Source: Candidatus Hydrogenedentota bacterium
GTDB taxonomy: Bacteria; Hydrogenedentota; Hydrogenedentia; Hydrogenedentales; SLHB01
Direction of reading: 5' to 3'
NCBI GenBank assembly: GCA_045863335.1
Contig: BTVY01000005.1
Span: 136,439-200,438, forward strand
Length of the DNA stretch: 64,000 nt
Position 1 is the stretch's first letter. Each line of letters begins with the position of its first letter. The notes under the pieces are model-generated. The model made no database searches. It was not told where the DNA came from and saw only the letters and a list, made by a program, of their open reading frames with translations. Made by a program: the position numbers and the translations under genes. Shown here piece by piece: positions 50,532-60,441 of this stretch.

Positions 50532-51472
50532 GTTCGATCCTCGACGCGCTCAAGAAACTCGAAAGCGAAAAGTCCGAGAATAAGGACGCGGCCGAGCGCG
50601 CACAGATCGAGGCGGTCGCGGCTGAGCGCGACCTGACCCGTCGTCGCCGGAGCCGGGAAGACGACGAAGTTATCCGCATCAATTCGACGCTCCTCGTTCT
50701 CGTGGGACTAGGACTTGCCACCGTGCTGGTGACGGTGTCGGTAGTGGCGGCGCTAGCCGTGATGCGGGCGATGGGCAGTACTCCGGTGGCGGCAACGACC
50801 GCTCCTGCACCCACAACGGCGTCCGGACTGCAGGTTGCGGAAGCCGCACCGATTGCCAGTCCTCCTGTAGCGACCGCCCCCTTCCAGCCCATGCCCGTGG
50901 AAGCCGTGCCGACCATGATGCCGGCGCCTGTGCCGTTACAGCCCGTTACGGCGGACCCGATTCTTACCGAACCTGCGATGGCCGCGGATCCTGTAGACGA
51001 AGTAGTCGCAGTGGGTCCCATGGAAGTGGCCGGGCCCGAGGAACCCATTGTCTGGGTCGAGCCCGATCCGGCCCCGCAAGCGTTTCCCGTCATGGAGGAA
51101 GTGGTGCCGGAGCCTGTCGCGCCTTCGGAACCCGCGCCATCGGTTGCCGAGCCTCCGGCCGCATATACGCCGCAGCCTCCCGTGGCAACCATGCCACCGC
51201 CGGACTATTCCGATGCGCCCATCGGCGACATCGACCTCGACACACTGCCGGTGCTCTCGGAGTCCGAACGGGTTCGACTGGGTTTGCCGCGCATGAAGAT
51301 TAATATCGTAGGGCTACCCACGAAACGCCAGCCGCGCCCGTCCGCCTTGATCAACTTTGAGAAGGTGTATCTGGGCGAGTACATCAAGAACTCCAATGCC
51401 CGGCTGATCGCCGTGGAACTTCACGGCGTCGGTATCGAAGTGGCGGGACACCGCTACTTCATGGAGAAGTAA
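50528..51472 (+). CDS. ExeB/GspB-like protein
   Basis: MSSILDALKK N-terminus, single TM, Pro-rich linker and C-terminal ALIN...LGE domain; overlaps the exeA stop. Confidence 0.8.
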   Translation: MSSILDALKKLESEKSENKDAAERAQIEAVAAERDLTRRRRSREDDEVIRINSTLLVLVGLGLATVLVTVSVVAALAVMRAMGSTPVAATTAPAPTTASGLQVAEAAPIASPPVATAPFQPMPVEAVPTMMPAPVPLQPVTADPILTEPAMAADPVDEVVAVGPMEVAGPEEPIVWVEPDPAPQAFPVMEEVVPEPVAPSEPAPSVAEPPAAYTPQPPVATMPPPDYSDAPIGDIDLDTLPVLSESERVRLGLPRMKINIVGLPTKRQPRPSALINFEKVYLGEYIKNSNARLIAVELHGVGIEVAGHRYFMEK

Positions 51473-51499
51473 CCGGCCCCTTCCGGAGTCACACACCGT

Positions 51500-53425
51500 A
51501 TGCGAGCTATCCTCACCTTCCTGCTGATCGGGGCCTCCGTCGCGGTTGCCCAAGACACGGCGCAATTCGAGTCCTTGGGTGTTCCAGTCACGAAGGCTGG
51601 TCTCATGGGCGTACTCGTCGGACCGGGTCCGGCAGAGGACTCCGAGCGCATCTACTTCAACTTTCGCCAGGACGGCGGCAAGCTGTTTCTCGTTGCAGTT
51701 GATCCGGATACGGGCGAATCCCAGCAGTTCCAGTCGCCGGTGGGCACGGGGGCCTGGGGTTTTATTGTGGGGCCGGACAATAAGATCTATCTCGGCACCC
51801 ACGAAGGACCCGACCCCGGCGACAGTGGACAGATCCTTGTGTTCGATCCCAGACAACCGGAGAAGGAAATCCAGGTTGTCGGGCGCCCGTCGGAGACGGA
51901 GACCTATCTCTGGATGTTTGCCAACGGCGAAGATGGACTCATCTACGGCTGCACCTATCCCACCGCGAAGCTGATTTCGTTCGATCCCGCGACCGGCGAG
52001 ATGCAAGACTTTGGCATCATGGACGATTCGCAGATGTACTCGCGGAGCATCTGTTCAGGACCCGGTGGAACAATCCTGATCGGTGTCGGCTATGGACGCG
52101 CGAATGCGGTTTTGTACGATCCCGCGACCGGCGAACACCAGGCCATACTCCCCGACGAATACCGCAGCGACCCCGCGCAGACGGTTGCGTCCGTGTGGCA
52201 AGGGGTCGATGGGAACGCCTACATTTCCGCGACGCGCATGGAGGTGTTGAACGGCGACCCCGAGAACGGCGAGATCAAACGCCCCGTATCCGTGACGCTG
52301 CGTGTGAACGACGACCGCTCGGTCGAGGAAGTGACCACTCCACCGGCTGCAGTCGATCATCTCACCTTGCGCGATGGGAGGCGGGTGAATAACCCGACCA
52401 TCGACGGCACCTTTGATTTGGTCCACCCCGATGGGACCGTTGAGGCGCGCACCTTCGAGTATGCCGGCGCGGGGTCAGGGATTTTCATGGTCGCCAATGG
52501 TCCCCTGGGCCGCATCTACGGCGGCACGGCCATGCCCAACGAGTTGTTCTGGTACGACCCGGCGACAGGCGCGCTGGAGAACCCCGGCAATCCGACGGAA
52601 ACGAGCGGCGAGATCTATTCCATGCTCGATCATCACGGCACGCTGTACGTATGCGCGTATCCCGGCGCGTTCCTGTCGAAATGGGACCCGGCCCAACCGT
52701 GGAATTACGGGCGCGAAGCGACGAGCAATCCGCGCGGACTCGGCCCGCTGGGCCCGGGCCACCTGCGGCCTCGCGCAATGATCCACGGCCCAGATGAAAG
52801 CCTCTATATCGGCAGCTATCCCGAGTACGGGAAGCATGGCGGCTCGCTCGGCGTTTGGGACCCGGCGCAGGATCGGCTCATCGAGAACTACCACAACCTG
52901 ATCCGAAACCAGTCCATTGTGAGTCTCGCTTACGATCCCGAGACGCAACTGGTATTCGGCGGGTCCAGCGTACAGGGCGGCGGCGGCACGGAACCCGTCG
53001 AAACGGAGGCGAAGTTCTTTGCCTTCGACACGAAGATGAAACGCCTGGCCGTTGAAGAGGCGCCTTATCCTGGTTCGCCCGCAATCCGAACACTGCTGCG
53101 CATCGATCGACGCATCATCGGAGTGTCCAATGGCGACGATTTGTTGGTGTACGACATCGACCGCCGCGCTTTCGTGCATCGGTCCAAACTCGGCGTGGGG
53201 TCCGTATTGGACTGCAGCCTGGCCCAGGGAAGCGACGGGCAGCTTTACGGCCTGTCGTCGAACCAGGTGTTTCGTATCGACCCGGCGACGTATGAAGTCA
53301 CCGCGCTCGCCGAGTACCCGGACGGCATCCACTGCGGGTTTGCCATGGACGAGCGCGGGATCTACTTCGGCCACCGCGCCGAACTCCTCCGCTACAACTG
53401 GCAGGAAAATCAACCACCCCGTTGA
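51500..53425 (+). CDS. Secreted beta-propeller protein
   Basis: Signal peptide; recurring YDPATG/FDPATG/IYGGT blade motifs. Confidence 0.7.
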   Translation: MRAILTFLLIGASVAVAQDTAQFESLGVPVTKAGLMGVLVGPGPAEDSERIYFNFRQDGGKLFLVAVDPDTGESQQFQSPVGTGAWGFIVGPDNKIYLGTHEGPDPGDSGQILVFDPRQPEKEIQVVGRPSETETYLWMFANGEDGLIYGCTYPTAKLISFDPATGEMQDFGIMDDSQMYSRSICSGPGGTILIGVGYGRANAVLYDPATGEHQAILPDEYRSDPAQTVASVWQGVDGNAYISATRMEVLNGDPENGEIKRPVSVTLRVNDDRSVEEVTTPPAAVDHLTLRDGRRVNNPTIDGTFDLVHPDGTVEARTFEYAGAGSGIFMVANGPLGRIYGGTAMPNELFWYDPATGALENPGNPTETSGEIYSMLDHHGTLYVCAYPGAFLSKWDPAQPWNYGREATSNPRGLGPLGPGHLRPRAMIHGPDESLYIGSYPEYGKHGGSLGVWDPAQDRLIENYHNLIRNQSIVSLAYDPETQLVFGGSSVQGGGGTEPVETEAKFFAFDTKMKRLAVEEAPYPGSPAIRTLLRIDRRIIGVSNGDDLLVYDIDRRAFVHRSKLGVGSVLDCSLAQGSDGQLYGLSSNQVFRIDPATYEVTALAEYPDGIHCGFAMDERGIYFGHRAELLRYNWQENQPPR

Positions 53426-53469
53426 AAAGTTTAGCTTACCGATCTCCGTATTTTGTGCAGTTTGGCAGT

Positions 53470-53635
53470 AAAGAACATCCCCCTTATCCCCCTTCAAAGG
53501 GGGAATTGCGCTCTTCATCGTCGGCTGGACGATTACGATTGCTAATGCTTGGTTGCGGTTGTTGGTGAAGGGTGCGCAACGCAGCGCGTTGCGCGAAACT
53601 CCCCCTTCGAAGGGGGATTAAGGGGGATGTTCTTT
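53470..53635. repeat. Inverted ~37-bp repeat pair (MITE/REPIN-like)
   Basis: AAGAACATCCCCCTTATCCCCCTTCAAAGGGGGAATT and inverted AACTCCCCCTTCGAAGGGGGATTAAGGGGGATGTTCTT flank a ~90-bp spacer. Confidence 0.8.
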
Positions 53636-53673
53636 CGGTTTCGCCCCAGAAGCGACTCGCGCGTGGAGAATAC

Positions 53674-55086
53674 CTACTCTTGCTTTGCGGCCCAGGTGGC
53701 GGCTTGGGCGACAAGGCGCTTGTAGTTGGGATTGGTGAAGGCCTCCGGGCCGTGGCCGAGTTGGATGAAGCACACGTTGGCGTTGCCGTAGCGGCGAACC
53801 CAAGCAAGGCTCGGAGCGCTGGACGATTCACTGGTGGTCAACAGGACCCGGTTATCGTCAAAGATGTCGTAGTTGTTGTAGGTTTCGTCGTGAATGACGA
53901 AGTCCTCCAAGCCGCGCGTGACGGGATGATTGGGGTCGGCGACGGTCACCGTGAAATCCACGTCGTGAAGGTAAACCGACTTCGTGTGGTCCGCTGTGTC
54001 TTCGAGGTAATACTCTGCGCCGATGATGTCAGCGTACTCCGGCCATTGGTTGAAGGCCGCCACGGCGTGATGCAGCACGACGAGGCCCACGCCTTGATCG
54101 AGCAGCTTGAGCAGGTTCGCCTGGCGCGCGTCCGTAATCTTCTGGCTCATGTTGTAGAGCACGACGACGTTATAGGGGAAGTTCTCGACATTGTCGAAGA
54201 TCTCGCTGTCGTCCTTCTGTTCCAGGATTTCGTAGGTAGCGCCCTCGTGCGCGTCGAAGATTTGCGGGAACACCGTTTCATCAAAACTGTGCCCGCCGAC
54301 CACGACTGCTCCGTTCACCGTCGGCGTGGGCAGGTCGTCGGGAACCGGAACGGTCACGGTGCCAGTAGCGGCCCATTCCGTGCCGCGCAGCATGAGCGTT
54401 CGGAATCCCGCGCCGCTCATGGCCTCCACGTTGTGACCGAGAATGTTGTAGAAACAGCGGCCCTCACCAAACTGCGTCGTCACCGCGACAGGCTCGAACT
54501 GGCCCGTGCCCTTCTGGTCTTCGACGGAATAGGCCGAGGCGACCACGTGCATCGATGGATGCGGCGTCAGCCTGTGATACAGCTCGTCCGGGCCGGTGAT
54601 GAACTGCGGCAGACCCTGGGCAATGGGGTGTTCCGGATCGTCGATGTACACCGGAAACGAGTGAACCCGGCCGTGGCCCGATTCATCGCCCCAGGTGCAT
54701 CCGGCCATCTGCTGGAACTCCGGCCAGTCTGAGAAACAGGCGGTCGCGGCGTGCAACAAGACAAACCCTTTTCCGCCGCGCACGAAGTCGAGGATGGGTT
54801 CCTCCGCCGCGTCCCACTGCCGTCCCGTCATGTCGGGGTACGCGCTCCAATTGTCCACCAACACGTCGTAGGACGCCAGAGTCTCCGCGGTCAGCGACGC
54901 CGGATCGTCGGTCACGTCGGCTGAGAACCGCCCGCTGGCCTCGTACATCGCTTTCAGGAACGGCGTGGTCGTTTGCCAGTCATGGTTGTTGCGCCCGGAC
55001 AGGATCAGCACGCGCAGGGTTTGCGCGTCAGCCTGAGCGGCGGCACCCAAACTTACCAAAAGAGATGTGAGCAGCATCGTTCTCAT
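53674..55086 (-). CDS. Secreted protein with two ThuA-like domains
   Basis: LILSGRNNHDW, GKGFVLLH, HPIAQGL..DELY and GEGRCFYNILGH; second domain with GVGLVVLHH, HPVTRGL..DETY and FIQLGH. Confidence 0.85.
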   Translation of the reverse strand: MRTMLLTSLLVSLGAAAQADAQTLRVLILSGRNNHDWQTTTPFLKAMYEASGRFSADVTDDPASLTAETLASYDVLVDNWSAYPDMTGRQWDAAEEPILDFVRGGKGFVLLHAATACFSDWPEFQQMAGCTWGDESGHGRVHSFPVYIDDPEHPIAQGLPQFITGPDELYHRLTPHPSMHVVASAYSVEDQKGTGQFEPVAVTTQFGEGRCFYNILGHNVEAMSGAGFRTLMLRGTEWAATGTVTVPVPDDLPTPTVNGAVVVGGHSFDETVFPQIFDAHEGATYEILEQKDDSEIFDNVENFPYNVVVLYNMSQKITDARQANLLKLLDQGVGLVVLHHAVAAFNQWPEYADIIGAEYYLEDTADHTKSVYLHDVDFTVTVADPNHPVTRGLEDFVIHDETYNNYDIFDDNRVLLTTSESSSAPSLAWVRRYGNANVCFIQLGHGPEAFTNPNYKRLVAQAATWAAKQE

Positions 55087-55304
55087 GATTCCCCCATTTC
55101 AATTCGTTATCGCTGCGCCGTGCGGAGCACGAAAATTTGGCGCGCTCCTTCCGTGGTCGAATAGCGCGTATTCGGATTCATCAAAGCACGGAGCAAGTAC
55201 AAAAGCAACCGGCGTCAGCGCGACCCGCTAAACCGAGTTCGTACACAAACCGTCCAAACCGCACCCGTGATAGCGAAGCTGATACGGTCGCGACTGTTAT
55301 ACGT

Positions 55305-56855
55305 TCATTCCTGCGCGGCGGACACCCAGATGGAGAAGCCGTCCAATTCATCTTGGCGCGTGTAGGCCCCCGGCTCAATCCCAACGAAGCCGAGTTGGCG
55401 TTCCGGGTTCTGCCCGTCGCCCAAAAAAAGCCAGCGGACGGCCCCATTCTGCATCATGGCTTCGGCTTCACGGTAATCGACCACACCCCGGGCGTGCATG
55501 ATGGCGGACAAAGGATATTGCGGAATGACGGCGCGTCCGGGAAAGTGGTTCGCAAGCGTGGGGTCGATCGTGAAGAAACTGACATCCGGACGCGAGGTCA
55601 GATCTTTTTTCAGGCGGACAACGACGCGTTCGTAGTTCGAGAAATGGGTCCAATCCCGTTTCTCATATTGATTTCGGAACGAATACAGGAAACACCCGAA
55701 AAACAGAACTGCGAAGACGGCGATGGCCCATCGGATGGGCCGTTCGTATTCGACGCGTTCTCGGACGATCGGTCCCAGCCAAAAGGCAATGGCAAAAATG
55801 AGCACGCTGATGTAATCGTTGTAGTAGTGGCTGGCGGCTCCGAGTTTGAGTGACGACAAACTTGCCAGCGTGAATGTGACCGCAAGGGCGACCGCAATGA
55901 ACCGCCGGTACGGATCGCTCTTGGCAGGCCACCACAAGCAGGTCAGGTACGCCCCCACGGCTGTCAGCGCAGCCATGTTCAGGTCGAGAAACACAGGGAG
56001 ATAAGCCTTCTCAAGCGCGCCGCGTATCCGAATCCCATTATTGAGGCCGCCTACGACGTGATCCAAGAAGTGCTCGCCTACCAACAAGGGACTGAACCAG
56101 ACGGTGAGCGCCAAGGGAATGACGGCAGCTGCGATCACGACGACTGAGCACCGCCATTCCCGTTGCAGGAGAAAATACGTGAGCAACACTACGCAGATTT
56201 GCGCGCCGTTCTGTTTGGCCATGAAGGCCACGTAACCGAGAAAAGAGGCGAAAGCAATGAACAGATAGATCCGAACCCCGACGTGACGTCGACGAAGGGC
56301 ATAAAACGCGATGCCAATCGCCAGAGTGAAACAGAGAGACGCTAATCCATCGCCACGGGCCATGAACTCCCATGGTGCATGCATGGTCCAGATCGCCGCC
56401 GCAGCCACAAACGCCGAGACACCGCGTACCTGAAACGCATAGCGCAAGATCAAGAAGAGAATCACGAGATGAATCGTCGAGATGCTTACCGACAGGAGAC
56501 GGGCTGAACTCGTGATGGCCTTTGCCTGGCCCGGTTCGATTCCCGCGAACCATGATCCGCCCGCGAGGAGGTAGTGGTAAAGGGGCGTGTATTGCACCAG
56601 GTCAAAAGGCGGTTGTTCAGGGTCCGTGTAGAGGGGCAGACCCAGTAGAATCTTCATGACGCCCGATATCACCAGCGGCTCTTCGCCCCGAATCTCCGTG
56701 ATGCCGCTACCTACGATGCCTGCCGCGAACCACAAGAGGTATCCAATCGCGACGGCTGCTGCAAGCGTCGCCAATATGGATGCGACCTTGTCCAACACGC
56801 GGACGAATACGGTCGCTTGACGCGCGTCGCTATCTCGCTCGGCTTTGTCTGTCAC
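55305..56855 (-). CDS. GT-C (ArnT/GT39-like) membrane glycosyltransferase
   Basis: About 11 TM helices; GEEP, QYTPLYHYL, ARGDGL and AKQNG; divergent from GT2. I chose the GTG start at 56855. Confidence 0.65.
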   Translation of the reverse strand: MTDKAERDSDARQATVFVRVLDKVASILATLAAAVAIGYLLWFAAGIVGSGITEIRGEEPLVISGVMKILLGLPLYTDPEQPPFDLVQYTPLYHYLLAGGSWFAGIEPGQAKAITSSARLLSVSISTIHLVILFLILRYAFQVRGVSAFVAAAAIWTMHAPWEFMARGDGLASLCFTLAIGIAFYALRRRHVGVRIYLFIAFASFLGYVAFMAKQNGAQICVVLLTYFLLQREWRCSVVVIAAAVIPLALTVWFSPLLVGEHFLDHVVGGLNNGIRIRGALEKAYLPVFLDLNMAALTAVGAYLTCLWWPAKSDPYRRFIAVALAVTFTLASLSSLKLGAASHYYNDYISVLIFAIAFWLGPIVRERVEYERPIRWAIAVFAVLFFGCFLYSFRNQYEKRDWTHFSNYERVVVRLKKDLTSRPDVSFFTIDPTLANHFPGRAVIPQYPLSAIMHARGVVDYREAEAMMQNGAVRWLFLGDGQNPERQLGFVGIEPGAYTRQDELDGFSIWVSAAQE

Positions 56856-57022
56856 AGTTTTGGTCTGAATACCTGGTTGATTGCGTCTTCCCGGCGCCAC
56901 AGTGTGGCATCCGGTGGTCTTGCGGTCAATTCCGCTGCGGTTCCTCCGATCTGTACTTCGCACTCCTTGTCTTCCTAGAATACGCCTCGCGAGAGTCGGC
57001 AAGAGCTTTTCAGGAGATCATA

Positions 57023-58027
57023 GTGGCGACAGGGGAAGCAGAAGGAACTTCGGGTGATGCGTTCGGGCTGGTGGTGTTGACGCCGGTGTATCAGGACTGG
57101 GAAGCCTGCGGGATTTTGTTGCAGAAGTTGGACGAGGTCCTGGCGGAGCATGAACTTCGCGCGCGGGTGTTGATTGTCGATGATGGGTCTACTGTGGATG
57201 CGCCGGAGACCTTCGCCCGCGAAACGTACCGGCAGTATGACGCCGTCGATATCGTCCATCTCCGCACCAACCTTGGGCATCAGCGCGCGATCGGCGTGGG
57301 GCTCACGTACGCGTACGAAGAGGTCCCGCTGGACGCGGTCGCCATCATGGACTCGGACGGCGAGGATCGGCCGGAGGACGTGCCGCGGCTCGTGGCGCGA
57401 TTTCGTGAGCTGAATAGACGGCAGGTGGTATTCGCCGACCGGACGCGGCGGTCCGAGAGTATCGTCTTCAAGATCTTTTATCTGCTGTACAAGATCATCG
57501 TGTGGACGCTGACCAGCACGCGGGTGCGGGTGGGCAATTTCAGCGTCTTGTCCGCAGAGCACCTGTCGCGACTCGTAGCGGTTTCCGATCTCTGGAACCA
57601 TTACGCAGCCGCCGTGTTCAACGCGAACATCCCGCACACGTCCGTACCCACCAGCCGGGGCGTGCGGTATGCGGGCCGTTCCGCCATGAATTTCGTCGCC
57701 CTGGTCACCCATGGGCTCAGTTCCATCGCGGTCTTCAGCGGCGTGGTCGGCGTGCGCCTTTTGCTTGCTTGCGCCGCGCTGCTCGCGCTGTTCTTCGCGG
57801 GGATCGTCGTGGTCTTGGCGCTGCAAGCCAGCGCCTTGGTGGTCGTGCCCCAATGGGCCATGGTGGGCGTCGGGATTCTTGGCGTTCTGTTGGCGCAACT
57901 TCTGTTGCTCTCCTTTGGGGCCATCGTCTTTATCCTGCATGGCCGTGACCGCATGAGCTTCCTGCCGATTCGCGACTACCACTACTTCGTGGCGCGCGTG
58001 ACGCGGCGTTATCCCCACGATGAGTGA
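57023..58027 (+). CDS. GT2 polyprenol-phosphate glycosyltransferase (GtrB/ArnC-like)
   Basis: LTPVYQD, VDDGS, NLGHQRAI, MDSDGEDRP and RYAGRSAMN; two C-terminal TMs; AGGAG RBS. Confidence 0.88.
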   Translation: MATGEAEGTSGDAFGLVVLTPVYQDWEACGILLQKLDEVLAEHELRARVLIVDDGSTVDAPETFARETYRQYDAVDIVHLRTNLGHQRAIGVGLTYAYEEVPLDAVAIMDSDGEDRPEDVPRLVARFRELNRRQVVFADRTRRSESIVFKIFYLLYKIIVWTLTSTRVRVGNFSVLSAEHLSRLVAVSDLWNHYAAAVFNANIPHTSVPTSRGVRYAGRSAMNFVALVTHGLSSIAVFSGVVGVRLLLACAALLALFFAGIVVVLALQASALVVVPQWAMVGVGILGVLLAQLLLLSFGAIVFILHGRDRMSFLPIRDYHYFVARVTRRYPHDE

Positions 58028-58727
58028 GTTTCATTATCCCGGCGGCGAACTCGACGACTTCGCGCGGGCGCGGAATTGGAAGGCGTATTGGATGGCGCAG
58101 GTCCGGCCTTTCCTCGGCACCCGTGTGCTGGAAGTGGGCGCGGGCATCGGAGCCAACACGGTTCTTCTGTGCAATGCCAACGTTGAAAGCTGGGTGTGCC
58201 TGGAGCCCGATGCGAAGTTGGCGGCGCGGCTCCGTGAGCGCATTGCCGCCTCGGCCTTCGCATCGCGCGTGACGGTTCGCGAATCGACGATTCAAGGCAT
58301 CGACGCGTCGCAGTGGTTTGATACGGTCATCTACGTCGATGTGCTGGAGCATATTGAAGACGATGCATCCGAATTGCGTGACGCCGCATCGCTTCTCACG
58401 GCCGGCGGACGGGTCATCGTGCTGTCCCCGGCGCATCAATGGTTGTACAGCCCTTTTGACGCGGCGATTGGCCACTACCGCCGGTACAGTGCCGGTATGC
58501 TAAGGGCCTTCAGTATTGCCGGGATGCGCTTGTTGCGGTTGCGATATCTCGATGCGGCCGGCCTCACGGCGGCGCTGGCGAACCGGTGTCTTTTGCGGCA
58601 ATCCTTGCCCACCAATCGCCAAGTGACGTTTTGGGATCGAGTGCTGGTTCCGTGTTCGCGGGTCTTGGATGCGTTGTTTGCGTATCGGGTTGGGAAGTCG
58701 ATCCTGGCGGTATGGGAGAAGATGTGA
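58020..58727 (+). CDS. Class I SAM-dependent methyltransferase
   Basis: VLEVGAGIG, DVLEHIEDD and PAHQWLYSPFDAAIGHYRRY. Confidence 0.88.
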   Translation: MSEFHYPGGELDDFARARNWKAYWMAQVRPFLGTRVLEVGAGIGANTVLLCNANVESWVCLEPDAKLAARLRERIAASAFASRVTVRESTIQGIDASQWFDTVIYVDVLEHIEDDASELRDAASLLTAGGRVIVLSPAHQWLYSPFDAAIGHYRRYSAGMLRAFSIAGMRLLRLRYLDAAGLTAALANRCLLRQSLPTNRQVTFWDRVLVPCSRVLDALFAYRVGKSILAVWEKM

Positions 58728-58788
58728 AGCGGGATTTCCGGAGAGACGATACCTCATTGTCACTCACCCACGGATTCAAGACCTAAGA

Positions 58789-58824
58789 CCCCCTCCCCGG
58801 CCCTCCCCGTGGACGGGGAGGGAG
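58789..58824. repeat. REP-like palindrome
   Basis: CCCCCTCCCCGG-CCCTCCCCGT-gg-ACGGGGAGGG-AG. Confidence 0.6.
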
Positions 58825-59005
58825 TTAAGACTTCCGTGTTCGGGGTGGCTCGGGTTTCTCCATGCTTGTCTCCGGGACAGGGACACGACGAAGTTCTTTT
58901 CAAAGTGAGCCGTGGCTCTGGCGGATTCCGCGCACTCGGGGTATACTTGCCTAGGAGAGGGGTCGCATGCGCGCCCGTGATACGCGGGCTGAAGGGGGAC
59001 TTCCG

Positions 59006-59683
59006 ATGGTCTATTACGTCGCGCGGAACGGCGTTCAACAGGGCCCGTACTCGCAGCAGCAGGTGGAAGAGTTTGCTCGGTCCGGCATGATTCGGGCAGC
59101 AGACCTTGCGTGGCGCACGGGCGAAGCCGCGTGGCAGCCCCTGGGTGAACTTTTGCCGGGACTGAATCCGCCGCCCCTTCCCGCGGTCGACTTGCGCAAC
59201 GTGTATACAGCCCCTCCGCGGCCTCGTGTGACAACGGGTCCGGAAGGTATCGGCGGCTGGCTCTTGTTTTACTGCATCACGCTCACGATGATCGGGCCGC
59301 TGTTCACGGTTGCGAATATCTTGTCGACCTGGACCCAGATCAGCCCGCTATTCGCCGAGTATCCGCGCCTGGCCAACGTTATGCTTTTTGAAAACGTCGG
59401 CATGGCCGTGATCATTGCCTATGGCTTCGTCGTGGGATGCATCGTTTGGAGCGGAAACCCGCAGGGCAAACGCCGCGTGAAGGAGTACCTCATCATCCGG
59501 TTGGCGGGCTTCGTCCTCATCGAAGCGGTCGCCATCCTGATGCTCATCGGCCTGCCCGTGGAGATGGTTGCTGGCGGGATCGGCGGGGTGATTGGCGCGA
59601 CCATCCGCGAAGGCATCTACTTCACCATCTGGTGGCTGTACTTCTTGAAATCGGTTCGCGTGCGGAACACCTACGGGGAGTAG
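59006..59683 (+). CDS. GYF_2 (DUF4339) plus DUF2569 membrane protein
   Basis: YYVARNGVQQGPYS...LAWRTG..WQP; GIGGWL...YFLKSVRVRNTY. Confidence 0.78.
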   Translation: MVYYVARNGVQQGPYSQQQVEEFARSGMIRAADLAWRTGEAAWQPLGELLPGLNPPPLPAVDLRNVYTAPPRPRVTTGPEGIGGWLLFYCITLTMIGPLFTVANILSTWTQISPLFAEYPRLANVMLFENVGMAVIIAYGFVVGCIVWSGNPQGKRRVKEYLIIRLAGFVLIEAVAILMLIGLPVEMVAGGIGGVIGATIREGIYFTIWWLYFLKSVRVRNTYGE

Positions 59684-59781
59684 ATCTCGCTCTCGTTCCA
59701 TCGCCGGGTGCGTCTGTTCATGGCGTGTTGTGCCTTCAACTCAGAGGCCAACTCTAGGTGCGCGGCGCACTAGAACTTCCT

Positions 59782-59805
59782 GGACGGGACTCGTTCCCGT
59801 CCTAC
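59782..59805 (-). repeat. GTAG-type REP
   Basis: Minus strand GTAGGACGGGA-acgag-TCCCGTCC. Confidence 0.55.
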
Positions 59806-59875
59806 TTTGGGCACATTTCCTGGAATCGACATTCGGCGGTTGCGCGTTATAAGATGAACTGGAAGGAGGGCGCGC

Positions 59876-60349
59876 ATGAGCCAAGTCCCGTTAGAAGTTC
59901 TGGGTGTGAGCATGGATAGCCATCATCAGCCGGTGGTGATCCTGCGTCACGACGACCGGGTGCTGCCCATCGTGGTGGGGCTGCCGGAGGCGGAGGCTAT
60001 CCATGCGGCGTTGATACACCGCGACTTAGGGCGCCCCATGACCCACGACCTCATCTGCAACCTGCTCACTGGGTTGCGCGGCGAACTCAAGTCGGTGACG
60101 ATCTATAAGCTCGAAAACGAGACCTTCTACGCCCACCTGAATATCGAACAACGCGGTGCAACCGGACAGACCGACCAGATTCTCCGCGTGGATTCGCGTC
60201 CCAGCGACGGCATTGCCATCGCCTGCCGCACGGAATCGCCCATCTTCGCGACTCAGACCGTGATGGATTTGGCCTCCCAAGACATGTCGATCCTTGGTAC
60301 CGGCGAGGAACCCGACGAGGAATCGGAAGACACCGATTTCGATACGTAG
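59876..60349 (+). CDS. Bifunctional nuclease (DUF151) family protein
   Basis: LPIVVGLPEA, RPMTHDL, FYAHL and DSRPSDGIAIA. Confidence 0.92.
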   Translation: MSQVPLEVLGVSMDSHHQPVVILRHDDRVLPIVVGLPEAEAIHAALIHRDLGRPMTHDLICNLLTGLRGELKSVTIYKLENETFYAHLNIEQRGATGQTDQILRVDSRPSDGIAIACRTESPIFATQTVMDLASQDMSILGTGEEPDEESEDTDFDT

Positions 60350-60441
60350 CGTCCTGCGGGACGCGCAGCGATTCGCATTACCCTGTCTCGCCTAAGGGCG
60401 GGACGTTTTGTTGTGTATCGGTTGGAAACGGAGAAGCATAG

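Noticed and set aside
55137-55153. Sigma-54-like TTGGCGCG-N4-TTCC
   Set aside because: It lacks the conserved -12 GC and points against the local genes.
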